64,000 nt of DNA from Candidatus Bathyarchaeota archaeon (GCA_963827165.1 CAWGZR010000003.1:1-64000), one strand, 5' to 3'. Counted from the stretch's first letter, positions 10,264 to 21,346 are shown. Notes: generated from the sequence alone by a model not told the origin. A program made the numbers and translations.

Positions 10264-12677
10264 CTAGATTTTCGGTTTAAATCTCCTGAGAAGTGAAGCG
10301 TTGCTAACCACGGTTACTGCGCTGCTTGCCATGGCCGCTGCCGCGTACACTGGATTAAATAGCACATGTATAATGGGGTAAAATGTACCTGCTGCCAAAG
10401 GAATAAGGACAATATTGTAGAAAAATGCCCAGAATAGATTCTGCCGAATTTTCCTCATCGTAGCGCGGCTCAACTGAATAGAAACAACTACATCCCTCAA
10501 ATCATCCTTAATTAACACTATATCTCCCGTTTCAATAGCAACATCTGTTCCGCTGCCAACAGCAATTCCAATGTCTGCCTGCGCCAAAGCCGGAGCATCG
10601 TTTATTCCATCCCCAACCATAGCAACAACTTTGCCCTCGGATTGCAACCGCTTTATCTCAGTGCTTTTCTCACTGGGAAGAACCTCGGAGAACACGCCAT
10701 TAACACCCAATTGTTTTGCTATAGCGTTGGCTGTTCTTTGATTATCGCCGGTAATCATGATGACCTCTAAGCCCATGTGTTGAAGGGTTTTTACAGCATC
10801 AGCAGAGTATTCCTTTAAGGTGTCAGCCACAGCTATCAATCCTGCAAGCTGAGTATCAACTGCAAGGAGCATCGCGGTTTTTCCTTCTTCCTCAAGTCCC
10901 TTCATCTTAGTGTCAAACGCGCCAATGTCCAGGTTGTTTACTTCCATGAGTTTGCGGTTGCCTAGCAATATTTTAGCGCCTTTATGTTCTACTTCAACTC
11001 CATATCCTGGGAGGGCGTTGAAGACGTCAGGTTCGTCAATTTGGAGGCCTTTCTCTTTTGCCTTTTTTATTATGGCTTCTCCAAGTGGGTGTTCTGAATT
11101 TTTCTCTGCGATGCAGGCTAGCTGCAAAAGTTGGTTTTCATTGAACGTTTCTGTTGGGATGATATCTGTGACTTCAGGCTCGCCCTTGGTAAGTGTTCCA
11201 GTTTTATCAAAAACTATCGTCTGAAGCTTATAAGCCGCTTCCAGTGTTTCGCCATTTTTGATTAAAATTCCGTTTTCTGCTCCTTTCCCAACCCCAACCA
11301 TAATGGCTGTGGGGGTTGCAAGTCCAAGAGCGCAGGGACAAGCAACAATTAACACCGCGATGAAAACTGTGAGAGCAAAGATGAAGGTTGCGCCAGCTAT
11401 GAAATACCATGCTATCGCGGAGAGTGTGGCGGTTATTATGATGGTTGGAACAAAATAGCCTGACGCGATATCTGCGAGTTTTTGAATAGGTGCTTTGGAA
11501 CTTAAAGCATCTTCAACCATGTTTATGATGTGGGCAAGAACTGTGTCTTTGCCGACTTGGGTAGCTTTGAATTTTAGCATCCCCGTTTTATTCATGGTTG
11601 CGCCAACAACTTGGTCTCCGTTTTTCTTTTCAATGGGGATGCTTTCGCCGGTGATAACTTTCTCATCTACTTCTGAATATCCTTCTGTAACGATGCCGTC
11701 AACAGGAATTTTTTCTCCTGGTCTAACAACCACAATGTCTCCTACCTGGACATCTTCAATCGGTATTTCCTGTTCTAGGCCATTTCTAATTATTCTGGCA
11801 GTTTTTGCTTGCAAACCCATGATTTTTCTGATGGCTTCTGAGGTTCTGCCTTTTGCTATGGCATCTAAGAGTTTTCCCAGTAAAATGAAGCTCATGATCA
11901 TTGTAGCTGTATCAAAGAATACTCCGGCGCCTGGGAACAGACTTGGTGCAAAAGTAACTGCGGTGCTGTAGAGCCACGCTGTGGATGTTCCCATAGCAAT
12001 TAAAGTATCCATGTTGGCGGTTTTGTTTCTCAAGCCCTTGTATGCGCCAACGTAAAATGTCCATCCGACAATGAATTGCGCGGGAGTTGCCAAAATAAAC
12101 AGCAAAATGTTGTTTTGTTGCATGGGCAAAACGGGGAACAACATCAAAAGTATTATGGGGATAGTCAATGCAACGCTTGCTGCCAAAAGGATTTTTAGGC
12201 GTTGAATGTGGTGTTGGCGTTCTTTGCCTTCAGCATCCTGAACGGTTTTTTCGGGTTCGATGATTTGGTAACCGACGTCTTGTATGGTTTTTTTGATTCC
12301 AGCCAAGCTTAGTTGTTCGGGGTTATATTCAACGGTGACTTTTTCTGTAGCAAAGTTAACGGTTGCATTGTACACGCCCTCTTTGCTGTTTAATGCTTTT
12401 TCAATGCTTTGGGCGCAATTAACGCAGCTCATGCCGCCTATCTGGAGCATGATTTTCTCACGGATAACTCGGTATCCTGATTCAGCTATGGTGTTTTCTA
12501 TGGTTTTCTGGTCGACGATGTCTGGGTTGTATTCTATGATTGCTTTTTCGGCGGCGAAGTTGACGGTGGCGTGGGTTACGCCGTTTAGTTTAGAGAGCGC
12601 TTTTTCTATGGTCAGTGAGCAGTTTATGAGCTCATTCCGCCGATGTTGAGGGTGATTTTTTTGTTTTCTCGGCTCAT
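10264..12677 (-). CDS. copA: Cu(I)-translocating P1B-type ATPase; true start 12677, 1-bp deletion near 12628 in the first GMSCxxC
   Basis: Two HMA domains, [32 protein letters not shown] and MASS motifs. Confidence 0.92.
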
Positions 12678-12691
12678 TTTGTTGCTTCCGC

Positions 12692-13267
12692 TTATAGAGA
12701 ACCTTTGTAGTTACTTGTTGCTGGACAACCGACACACTTTTTGGTTTCATATCGGTTACAGGGGTCGCATTCAACATTGCACGGTGAAACCTTTTTTTCT
12801 TTATTTGCCAAGTTTTCTCTTATTTGAAGGAAAGGCGAAAAATAGGTGTCGCTTACAGGGTAAAACTCCGATCTTCGGATTCCTTTGCTGCATCTTAAGG
12901 AGCATTTCTCCATCGAGATGCTCTCTAAGGTTTCTCTCGTTTCTGCAACTGTAAGTGCCATCAGATTATAGCCGCCTATTGTTTTGAAAATCTGAACTAT
13001 TCTGGGGCATTCTTCGAAACGGTCAAGGACGTTTTGCATCGCTTCAGCACTCTCCATTTCCAGCATCACGATGGCCAGGTGCAGCCCCAGCGCGCTTGGG
13101 TTGATCAGAGCAGATATTTTAATTGTGCCGTTTTCGATGAGTTTGTCCAACCTCTTCTTTGTTCCCATGCTTGTAAAACCTGTTAGTTTGGATAAATCTT
13201 CAAGAGATGTCCTACCATCCGCTTGGAGTTGAGCTATTATTTTCTTGTCAACCTTATCCATGAGCAT
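12692..13267 (-). CDS. Lrp/AsnC-family regulator with Cys-rich C-terminal domain
   Basis: [22 protein letters not shown]; C-terminus [10 protein letters not shown]...CVGCP. Confidence 0.85.
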   Translation of the reverse strand: MLMDKVDKKIIAQLQADGRTSLEDLSKLTGFTSMGTKKRLDKLIENGTIKISALINPSALGLHLAIVMLEMESAEAMQNVLDRFEECPRIVQIFKTIGGYNLMALTVAETRETLESISMEKCSLRCSKGIRRSEFYPVSDTYFSPFLQIRENLANKEKKVSPCNVECDPCNRYETKKCVGCPATSNYKGSL

Positions 13268-13348
13268 ACCCGTTTACTTTCTAAACATAACCTATTAATA
13301 TTGTTTATCTATTAAACTATACTATAATCAAAACAAAAGGTTATCAAA

Positions 13349-13738
13349 ATGACAAAAAGAATAATGATGCCAGTTGAAGACGAAACAGGATTAGAAGCTC
13401 AAGTAGCACATCACTTCGGAAGAGCACCCTACTTCGCCGTAGTAGAACTTGACGAGAACCAGAAAGCCCCAAAAGTCAAAACTGAACCAAATAGAAGCGA
13501 ACACATGGGAGGCGCCCCAGGGCACTCACATGAAAGCTTCCTAGCACTAAAACCAGACGTTGTAGTAGCTTATTCAATGGGATTAGGAGCGCTGAACACC
13601 TTCCAAGACGCTGGCATAACAGTTCTGGAAGCAACTGCAAACACAGTAAAAGGCAACATTGAATCCTTCAAAGAAGGCAAACTCAAAGAACTTGCAGGTG
13701 GATGCGAACACGCCCATCACCACGAACACGAACATTAA
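13349..13738 (+). CDS. NifB/NifX-family (dinitrogenase FeMo-cofactor biosynthesis-like) protein, His-rich tail
   Basis: HFGRAPYF motif; tail CEHAHHHEHEH. Confidence 0.85.
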   Translation: MTKRIMMPVEDETGLEAQVAHHFGRAPYFAVVELDENQKAPKVKTEPNRSEHMGGAPGHSHESFLALKPDVVVAYSMGLGALNTFQDAGITVLEATANTVKGNIESFKEGKLKELAGGCEHAHHHEHEH

Positions 13739-13778
13739 ATCAAAACTAAAGCAACGAAGATTTAAGCGCGCTAGATAA

Positions 13779-13849
13779 GAAGTCGAGAGATTAGTTAGCG
13801 CTTACCCAAAGCGCACATCGAAGCAATGATCAAACGGTATCTGGCATAG
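13779..13849 (+). pseudogene. Thioredoxin-like C-terminal fragment
   Basis: EVERLVSAYPK/HIEAMIKRYLA* resembles a Trx C-terminus; begins just after GCGCGC at 13766. Confidence 0.45.
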
Positions 13850-14002
13850 CAGTCACAGAGGATAGCACATGACGAGCGTCAAAGAAAAAATAGCGGCAGT
13901 AAAATCACGGTTTGCTGGCGGAAATCTCCTGACTATCCGCTGGAACAGCTTATTGCACGCGCCCGAATTTGTTATGCTGAAAAAACCTTATATGCCAATC
14001 GC

Positions 14003-14497
14003 TTGGAAGAGGCTGTCATGACAGAACCAAAAAAAGGGCGCCCAATTTTCTTCCCAGAAAACCTGGTTCTCTTTGGTAACCTAGCGCTTTTCCTATGGAT
14101 TGTTCTTGATTCAGTGGCTTTTCTGCTATATGATTTCATAACCGGTATTATGTTTTTTATCCTAACCCTTATCTTGATTTATGGCGTACTTCACATTCTG
14201 GGTTGCCTACGTCCATGTTACAATTGCATAAAATGCACTCATGGCATGGGGCGCTTGGCAGCTTTGTACTTTGGCAGACGCATCTTTAAAGATTACAAAT
14301 ACAACTACAAACTGCCCACAGCAATATTTTTCTCACTATACATCGGAGGATTCCCTGCAGCATTCGCACTCTACTCAGCCATCGTAGATTTCACGGCTAT
14401 CAAAGCAGCATTGTTTGTGGTTCTCTTAGTGTTTACGATCTATAGTGCCTTAACTTGGCGACCAAGAAAACCAAAAAACCCAAAAGAGGCAGTATAG
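14003..14497 (+). CDS. Hypothetical 4-TM membrane protein with Cys cluster (start probably ATG 14018)
   Basis: Hydrophobic helices; CLRPCYNCIKC. Confidence 0.7.
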   Translation: MEEAVMTEPKKGRPIFFPENLVLFGNLALFLWIVLDSVAFLLYDFITGIMFFILTLILIYGVLHILGCLRPCYNCIKCTHGMGRLAALYFGRRIFKDYKYNYKLPTAIFFSLYIGGFPAAFALYSAIVDFTAIKAALFVVLLVFTIYSALTWRPRKPKNPKEAV

Positions 14498-14637
14498 CCT
14501 CGGCGGAGTTTAATGTGATTAATCTTTTGTTGCTTGTTAGCTTAATGGGATGATTTTTCGCTTTTTACGCGCGCGAAGCTGTTTAATCTTTATAATGACA
14601 AACTATTAAAACAACGTTCGAATATTATAATTCTCTA

Positions 14638-14985
14638 ATGAAGCAAACTGAAAAACCGAAAATCGATATGACGATATACAACATGCAGGCAACGATATCA
14701 AAAACGCTTGCAAACCCAATCAGATTAGCAATCTTACACGTACTAAAAGACGGAGAGAAAAACGTAAACGACCTCACCGACACCATAGGCATAAGCCAAT
14801 CAAACCTTTCCCAGCACTTAGCACTCATGCGACAGATAGGCATTGTTAACACAAGAAAGCAAGGAACAAGCGTCTTCTACAGTGTTACCAATCCCAAGAT
14901 TAACGAAGCATGCGACACAGTTCGAGAAATTCTTGTCGAACAACTCAAAAAAAATCAAGGCATTGCAAAGAAAATTACTGAATGA
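14638..14985 (+). CDS. ArsR/SmtB-family regulator
   Basis: KTLANPIRLAIL...SQSNLSQHLALMR..GIV..RKQG..VFY. Confidence 0.92.
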   Translation: MKQTEKPKIDMTIYNMQATISKTLANPIRLAILHVLKDGEKNVNDLTDTIGISQSNLSQHLALMRQIGIVNTRKQGTSVFYSVTNPKINEACDTVREILVEQLKKNQGIAKKITE

Positions 14986-15465
14986 TTGTTTGCTTCAGAA
15001 AAGGAGAGAAAAACCATGTCTGAAGAAAAAATGATCCCTCAAAGACCTGTCTTAGAAATTCTATGTTCAATTCAAGGAGCCTTAGGAGAAGATAATCAGA
15101 AAGTGTTTGCAAAGCCAAGCATGGCGCAAGGAAGAGCTTGGGCTAAAACCATTCCACCAGTGCAAACGCCAGAAGATCTTATGGCAAAAACCGCCAAATA
15201 TTTCCAAGATGACCTAAAACTTGCCAAAGCTGTTAGCTTTGAGAAACAGGGCCAAGAATACATTTTGAAGTTTAGAGGTTGCTACATTTGTCACGGCAAA
15301 CTCGTAAAAGAACGACATGGAATCACGCCTGCCTGCGCAGTGTCGATGTTTCCTGTTGGTGCAGTCAACGAAAACCTAAAGGTTCGAAATGTCCGATTGA
15401 AGGAAATTCGAAAGCCAGGTCCAACAGGCGATTGTGACATGGTATATGAGATAAAAGCGCAATAG
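14986..15465 (+). CDS. Hypothetical protein, V4R-like Cys pattern
   Basis: GCYIC...PAC...GDC spacing; operonic with ArsR. Confidence 0.6.
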   Translation: MFASEKERKTMSEEKMIPQRPVLEILCSIQGALGEDNQKVFAKPSMAQGRAWAKTIPPVQTPEDLMAKTAKYFQDDLKLAKAVSFEKQGQEYILKFRGCYICHGKLVKERHGITPACAVSMFPVGAVNENLKVRNVRLKEIRKPGPTGDCDMVYEIKAQ

Positions 15466-15487
15466 GAGACAAAAGGAAAAATTAAAG

Positions 15488-15934
15488 GTGAATTGTATGC
15501 CAGAAATGAATTTTGAAGGAACTGCAAGTTGGAGAGGCGGAACTGAATGCACTCTCTCAATTAAGGGCAAAGAACTCGTTACCGTTAGCCCGCCACCGAT
15601 GTTTGGCGGAAAAGAAGGATACTGCGTACCTGAAGACATTTTTGCCGCTGCGTTAGCTTCATGTATTAACACGCTGTTTCTTTTAATTGCCAAAAACAGT
15701 CAGCTAGAACTCAAATCCCTTGAAACAAAAGCAATTGTCAAAATGAACATCGAAGGCATGGAGAAACTAATTTTCACAGACGTACATTTCAACATGAACG
15801 TTGGCCTGCAAAACGATAACGAACGAGAACGCAAAAAAGCTAACACCGTGTACGCAATGGCACAGAAGATCTGTCCGATCCGTCAATCTTGGGGCGAAGC
15901 TGTTCCAATAAGCTTTGAGTTAAACTTTAAGTAA
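15488..15934 (+). CDS. OsmC/Ohr-family protein
   Basis: PPMFGG...PEDIFAAALASC...AQKICPI. Confidence 0.9.
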   Translation: MNCMPEMNFEGTASWRGGTECTLSIKGKELVTVSPPPMFGGKEGYCVPEDIFAAALASCINTLFLLIAKNSQLELKSLETKAIVKMNIEGMEKLIFTDVHFNMNVGLQNDNERERKKANTVYAMAQKICPIRQSWGEAVPISFELNFK

Positions 15935-15938
15935 GAAA

Positions 15939-16271
15939 TTGGGATGTAGGAGAATTTTTCCTATGCTTTTTTTGCAGATTTCTAAACATACTTCTGAAAG
16001 CTGTCCAATGCATAATCAGAATGCAGCTAAATCAGAAAAGAACTTCAACGCAAAAATCGGAGAGCTCCTTAAAAAATACCAGATAAAGATTGTAGGAAGC
16101 TGGGTTTCAATTCCTGAACATCTCAAAGTTACAGTATACGATGCAGCAAACATGGAAGCCTTGACAAAGCTCTCGATGGAACCTGAAGTCATGGATTGGC
16201 TAGGATACCAAACCACCGAAATCAAACCAGTGATAACAATTGAAGAATCCATTAAGTTGGTTCTGAAATAA
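15939..16271 (+). CDS. GYD/DUF3303-like small protein (start probably 15963)
   Basis: HTSESCP...KIVGSW..PEH...TEIKPV. Confidence 0.6.
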   Translation: MGCRRIFPMLFLQISKHTSESCPMHNQNAAKSEKNFNAKIGELLKKYQIKIVGSWVSIPEHLKVTVYDAANMEALTKLSMEPEVMDWLGYQTTEIKPVITIEESIKLVLK

Positions 16272-16512
16272 GCGAAGCCTCTTTTTCTATTTTCCGGTAA
16301 ATATCTATTTCTAAAACTGTGACCATTCTCTAAATCCATTGGCGCGCGCTCATGTGTTATTCCTCAGTTTTCGCGCACCGTCAAAGTGTCGATCTACATT
16401 TTTAATCGAATATCAATATATTCCAAGGGCGTTTCAGATCAAAGTAGCTACTATCCACTAATAACTTCTGCAAAAAGAGTTCCGTCAACGAATTAGTTAC
16501 AACTATGCGCGT

Positions 16513-17652
16513 TCATGTTGTTTCAGTGGAGGCTTCTACTATTTTCTTGATCTCTGCGTTCAAAGTGTCTGGTAGGCCAAGTATGCCCACATCCATGAAA
16601 CCGCGTATGATCAGCGAAACAGCTTGGTCACGCGACAGTTTTCGTGTCATGAGATAGGTAATTTCTTTTTCCGAGATTTTTCCCACTGCTGCCTCATGAG
16701 TTATCTCTACGCCCTTCTTTTTTGCGATTAGTTCAGGTATGGATTCCATGAACGATTCGTTGTCCATAAGCAATCCGCGGCACTCTAGATGACCTTTGCA
16801 GTCTGTACTGTCGCCTTCTATCAAGCCTCTGATTGTCATTTTTGAGCCCTCACGTGAGATGGCGCGGCTAATCATCTCTGCTTTGCTTCCTTTTCCAGTC
16901 AGAACGGCTTTTGATCCAATATCCAGCTGCGAATTTTTGTGACCGTATAAGATGCTGTTGAAGCTTACCCGTGAGTCGTCGCCTTTGCAGTACGCTGCAG
17001 GATACATTTGAATGTCCCTGACCGGACGCATGCACACGTAGTTCGATACGAATGTGGCTTTTTCAGCTATTTCGGCGACGCTTCTCGGTCGCACCAGTGT
17101 GTTCTCGCTCCATTGGTGAATCATCGTAAAGTTAAGCATAGCACCTTTTTTGACATAAATTTCGGATATGCCCAGATGCGACGCGTTTGCAACCGTTGAG
17201 TGCTGAATGCAACTGGTGATTATGTGTGCATTTGAACCTTCCTCAGCGATTATGATGTTGTGTACTCTTTGTTCAAGATTCTTCTGCGTTATCATGAGGC
17301 ATGATTGAAGAGGGAACTCCACTTCAGCGCCTGGAAGAACCCGCATGAAGTAGCCACCGCTGTAATCTTCAGCCACTCTTTTGGTGTACTCGTCCTTGTT
17401 CTTGTCAACGATTTTCCACATATAATCGTTGAGCCAGGAATACTTTTTCAGAGCTGCTTTAATATCTATAAGCTCAATTTTTCCTTCAAAAAGCTGGTTG
17501 ACTGTTGCCTGAACTGTCGTCTGGTCCAAGTGGAAAAAGGAGCCGGATCGGTTCTTGTCGTTTGATTCAATGCCAGCTTTCTGTGCTTCTTCAAGAATTT
17601 TATGCGGTAGTTTTGTCAATTCACTCTCTTTTGTCATTTTTCCAGCCCCCAA
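16513..17652 (-). CDS. sufB: SufB/D-like Fe-S scaffold (minimal SUF/SMS system)
   Basis: Q.VHNIIIAEEGS, KGHLECRGL, THEAAVGKI, IIRGF. Confidence 0.9.
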   Translation of the reverse strand: MGAGKMTKESELTKLPHKILEEAQKAGIESNDKNRSGSFFHLDQTTVQATVNQLFEGKIELIDIKAALKKYSWLNDYMWKIVDKNKDEYTKRVAEDYSGGYFMRVLPGAEVEFPLQSCLMITQKNLEQRVHNIIIAEEGSNAHIITSCIQHSTVANASHLGISEIYVKKGAMLNFTMIHQWSENTLVRPRSVAEIAEKATFVSNYVCMRPVRDIQMYPAAYCKGDDSRVSFNSILYGHKNSQLDIGSKAVLTGKGSKAEMISRAISREGSKMTIRGLIEGDSTDCKGHLECRGLLMDNESFMESIPELIAKKKGVEITHEAAVGKISEKEITYLMTRKLSRDQAVSLIIRGFMDVGILGLPDTLNAEIKKIVEASTETT

Positions 17653-18415
17653 CTACTCTTCGTCTACATGCTACGCATTCTTCGTAACCCACCTTCTTAA
17701 TATCTTCATAAATGCTCATTGGATGGGTGAAACAGTGAAACTGGCCATCTAGAAGAATGCATCCGTACTTCGCTTTGACATATTCCAGTATGTCGCCCTT
17801 GTGAGTTATCACTAAAGCTGAGCTCCCGCTACTTTCTACGTAGCGCTGAATTTCAGTGGCAATCAGCTTCAGGCTTTCTACGTCTACGCCCGAGTCAGGC
17901 TCGTCTAGAAGGAGAAGCTTGGGTTTAAGGAAAATCAACTGAAGAATTTCGGAGCGTTTTCTTTCGCCGCCGGAGAAGCCAACGTTTAGGTCTCTGTTCA
18001 AGAAGTCGGTTAATCTAAATGCTTCAATAAGTCGCTGTTCTTCTGTGCTGAATGCATCCTCAGTAGTCTTGCCAAGGCACAGCTTCAATAAGTCTGCGAG
18101 CTTCACGCCGGTGATTTCAGGAGGATTTTGGAAGCTGACCGCCATACCAAATTTCGCCCTTTCCTCCACGGTCTTTGTGGTAATATCTGTTCCATTGAAC
18201 AAAATTGTTCCTTGAGTTACTTCGTAGGTGGGAAGTCCCATAAGTGCACTTATGAGCGTGGTTTTTCCAGAACCATTAGGTCCGAAAAGAATGTGACTCT
18301 CACCGCTCTTAAGGCTAAAAGTCACGCCCTTGAGAATAGGCTTTCCCTCAACTTTCACAGTCAAATCTTTGACTTCAAGAATATCCATGACAATCATAGA
18401 GCATAGCTTAACCAT
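17621..18415 (-). CDS. sufC: SufC-like ABC ATPase with C-terminal CxxC
   Basis: GPNGSGKT, NVGFSGGERKRSE, LDEPDSGVD, EECVAC; overlaps sufB. Confidence 0.9.
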   Translation of the reverse strand: MVKLCSMIVMDILEVKDLTVKVEGKPILKGVTFSLKSGESHILFGPNGSGKTTLISALMGLPTYEVTQGTILFNGTDITTKTVEERAKFGMAVSFQNPPEITGVKLADLLKLCLGKTTEDAFSTEEQRLIEAFRLTDFLNRDLNVGFSGGERKRSEILQLIFLKPKLLLLDEPDSGVDVESLKLIATEIQRYVESSGSSALVITHKGDILEYVKAKYGCILLDGQFHCFTHPMSIYEDIKKVGYEECVACRRRVVGGWKNDKRE

Positions 18416-18858
18416 AGAAAATAAACTTTTTGAGTGAACGCAACCTCATCTTATTGAAAGAACTGAGACAAATATCCTAAATTTGCACTTTGCACTGTAC
18501 ATGATGGAGGTAGTCTTAGCAATAGCTTCAGCGCGCCGCTGTCCCGATAATGCCTAACGCGCAAAAAAGTTGCAACTGCTTTTTAAGTTTGAATTTATAA
18601 AATGCAAAAGTCGCATTTTGGCGCTCGCGCTGGCTTTTTCAGGCAAAGGGTTTATCGTTAATTCTAACAGACCTGCAAAAAGAACAGAAGCAGTAGATCT
18701 TCTAAAAGAATCTTGTTGCCGCCTATTTCATTTACGTGCGCTTTGGAGTTGTATGAGAGGCTGATGGAAATTGAGTAACATATACCTCTTCGAATATGTA
18801 GATTTATTACATAACAAACGCATATAGCTAACTAAAAGCAACCCGCAGGATAATTCCA

Positions 18859-19773
18859 ATGATTGACACAGCAAATCTCACAAAAAAATTTGGAGACCTA
18901 ACCGCCGTCGACAATCTCACTTTGCACGTCGACGAAGGCGAGGTTTTCGGTTTCCTTGGACCAAACGGCGCAGGAAAAACAACAACTGTCAGAATGCTTT
19001 GCTGTCTAATATCAAAGACCAGCGGAACTGCAAAGATAGGAAATTACGACGTCGGAAACAGCGCTGATCAACAAAAGATAAGACGAATGATCGGGCTGCT
19101 GACTGAAAATGTCGGGCTCTACGAGGAACTGAGCGCCTATGACAATCTGGATTTTTATGGTCGATTCTACAGACTTGACGTGCAGAAAAGGAAAGAGCAA
19201 ATACAGTATCTTCTCAAGATGTTGGGGCTGTGGGAAAGAAGAAACGAAGCAGCGGGAACCTTTTCCAAGGGGATGAAGCAAAAACTCGCCATAGCTCGCG
19301 CCCTCATCCATGACCCACAAGTCCTATTCTTGGATGAGCCAACTGCAAGCCTTGATCCGGAAGCTTCTAAGATAGTTCGAGACTTTATCCTCGAATTGAA
19401 AAAGGAGAAAAGAACAATCTTCCTTAACACGCATTTGCTGGATGAGGCCGAAAAGATCTGTGACCGGGTTGCGATACTAAACACTCGACTAATCGCAATA
19501 GGCACCCCGCAAGAGCTAAGACGTCAGCTATCTGGAAGAAAGATAAAGGTTCAGCTTCAGCGGGTTGATAATGTAATCGTGGAAGCGGTCAAGAAAATCG
19601 GCTTTCAAGTTTCAGAGATAACTGATAAAAGCATAGTCATTGATGTCAGCGACCCTGAGAAAGAGAATCCAGCAATTTTGAAGGTGATCGAAGTTGCTGG
19701 CGGACCCGTGCAATTCGTAACAGAGATAGGCTCATCTCTAGAAGATGTGTATCTCAAGCTCGTGAGGGGATGA
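18859..19773 (+). CDS. ABC-2 exporter ATP-binding protein
   Basis: GPNGAGKTT, FSKGMKQK, LDEPT. Confidence 0.92.
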   Translation: MIDTANLTKKFGDLTAVDNLTLHVDEGEVFGFLGPNGAGKTTTVRMLCCLISKTSGTAKIGNYDVGNSADQQKIRRMIGLLTENVGLYEELSAYDNLDFYGRFYRLDVQKRKEQIQYLLKMLGLWERRNEAAGTFSKGMKQKLAIARALIHDPQVLFLDEPTASLDPEASKIVRDFILELKKEKRTIFLNTHLLDEAEKICDRVAILNTRLIAIGTPQELRRQLSGRKIKVQLQRVDNVIVEAVKKIGFQVSEITDKSIVIDVSDPEKENPAILKVIEVAGGPVQFVTEIGSSLEDVYLKLVRG

Positions 19774-20519
19774 AAAAAATGGATTTGCAAAGTGCTTGGG
19801 CAGTTGCCGCAAAAGACTTCAAGATCTTCAAACGGAAGAGTCAGGTTATCTATATCACCGTTGTTTTCCCTCTTGTTGTCGGAATTGCGTTCCCATTGAT
19901 TGTGCAATATGCACTGCACATTGGCAGTGGCCACGGAATAACCGCCTTAACTCTTCCCAGGTACATGGACGCTTTCTCGGTATGGTTTCTCATAGGATCA
20001 GCCATAATTCCCACCACTATAGCCTCCTACAGTTTAGTGGGCGAGAAGCTCCAGAAGAGCTTGGAACCGCTTCTGGCAACGCCAATGACCGACGGCGAAA
20101 TCTTGTTGGGCAAAACTATTTCAGGGCTCGTCGTACCTTTGGCGGCGATCTATGCTGGTTCAGTGATATACATGTCGCTCATGGATTTGGTAACGCATGG
20201 CACGCTGGGTTATCTTTATTATCCTAACTGGCATATGGGGGCGATTTTGCTTGTGGCGCCATTGATATGTCTTCTAAGCGTTGAACTAAATATAATTATC
20301 TCATCCAGAGTAAACGATGTGCGAACAGCACAACAAATGGGAATGCTGTCAGCACTGCCCTTCTTTGGACTATACATAACGTCTGAAGTTGGATTCTTTG
20401 CATTCAATAACACAAATCTGCTGATTTTGGCAGGCGTTATCTTAGTAATAGCTGTTATTGTCTTCTTTGTCAGCAGGATTACATTCCAGAGAGAGGAAAT
20501 ACTAACAAAGTGGAAGTAG
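19770..20519 (+). CDS. ABC-2 exporter permease
   Basis: Six TM helices, GEK..KSLEPLLATP..EILLGK; 4-bp overlap with the ATPase. Confidence 0.88.
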   Translation: MKKMDLQSAWAVAAKDFKIFKRKSQVIYITVVFPLVVGIAFPLIVQYALHIGSGHGITALTLPRYMDAFSVWFLIGSAIIPTTIASYSLVGEKLQKSLEPLLATPMTDGEILLGKTISGLVVPLAAIYAGSVIYMSLMDLVTHGTLGYLYYPNWHMGAILLVAPLICLLSVELNIIISSRVNDVRTAQQMGMLSALPFFGLYITSEVGFFAFNNTNLLILAGVILVIAVIVFFVSRITFQREEILTKWK

Positions 20520-20549
20520 CAAAGTTAGAAGAGGGAGGTTCAAAAAAAA

Positions 20550-20801
20550 ATGACAAAAGCCAAGTTTGAAATAGGAGAGACTGAAAAACATACCATTATT
20601 GTTAATGCGAGCGCGCTTCTAAAATACATCAAGATAGAAGTGGATGGCGAAAAAGTCGTTAATGAAGCAAACTTTCAGCCATTGCCAAAGAAGTTCCAGT
20701 TGAACGTGGGAAATTCCGAAAAGCATCATTTGGAAATCAGCGCTGGACCATTCTCGCCTATCAAACTATTCGTGGACGGAAAAGAAGCTCAAAAAACCTG
20801 A
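20550..20801 (+). CDS. Small hypothetical protein with an internally duplicated beta motif
   Basis: RBS GGAGG; (I/V)GxxEKH...VDG unit occurs twice. Confidence 0.65.
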   Translation: MTKAKFEIGETEKHTIIVNASALLKYIKIEVDGEKVVNEANFQPLPKKFQLNVGNSEKHHLEISAGPFSPIKLFVDGKEAQKT

Positions 20802-20941
20802 AAGTTCGTCGCTATCCCAAAAGGTTGAAATTTAGCCAAACTAACCGGTAATCTTTTCCGGTGTGGTAAATATCTGAACAAGACAACACGCGCTAAAGTG
20901 GAAGCAACTAAGATGGAAGAGATGAGGGAGGAGGTGGATTA

Positions 20942-21151
20942 GTGGACTGGAATAGCGCCCGCGCAAAGCTCATCGTAGCGGGACCCATATTGATCGTTTT
21001 GGGTCTTGTCCTGTATGTTGTTCGAGGCGACACAGCGGTGCTTGTCTTTCCCGTCATAGGAATAATGTTGCTCATTGCCGGAGTTATCTGGGAGTTATCT
21101 ATAAGCCGCAAACAGAAGAAACCAGCGAACTTAACTAGCGGCAAACCCTAA
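20942..21151 (+). CDS. Small 2-TM membrane protein
   Basis: GGAGGTGG RBS before GTG; two hydrophobic helices. Confidence 0.55.
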   Translation: MDWNSARAKLIVAGPILIVLGLVLYVVRGDTAVLVFPVIGIMLLIAGVIWELSISRKQKKPANLTSGKP

Positions 21152-21221
21152 GCACGACCTCAACCGCTGCGTGTCAACTCCCCATTGGTCTATTTTTTCT
21201 TATTTTTAATTCTATTAGCAG

Positions 21222-21346
21222 AATCGGTAGTTTTTTGAGTTAGATGCTATATCTTCTGCGCTAAATTTTGCGGGGGAGCGAATGCTCCAAGCGATCCTGA
21301 GTTCGCCCCTTTCATCCAAAAGTCGGGAGTGTGGGTTGTTAGCATG
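21222..21346 (+). repeat. ~125-bp dispersed repeat, copy 2
   Basis: Aligns to 2354-2477; the following reading frame MAIKRKPPN* ends at the TAGCGCGC site. Confidence 0.85.

Noticed and set aside
10910-12954. Long antisense ORFs over copA (likewise over the ATPases, ppsA and transposases)
   Set aside because: Shadow ORFs of well-supported opposite-strand genes with no motifs.
15277-15295. CYICH as a c-type heme motif
   Set aside because: No signal peptide or TM segment; the Cys pattern fits a V4R-like metal site better.
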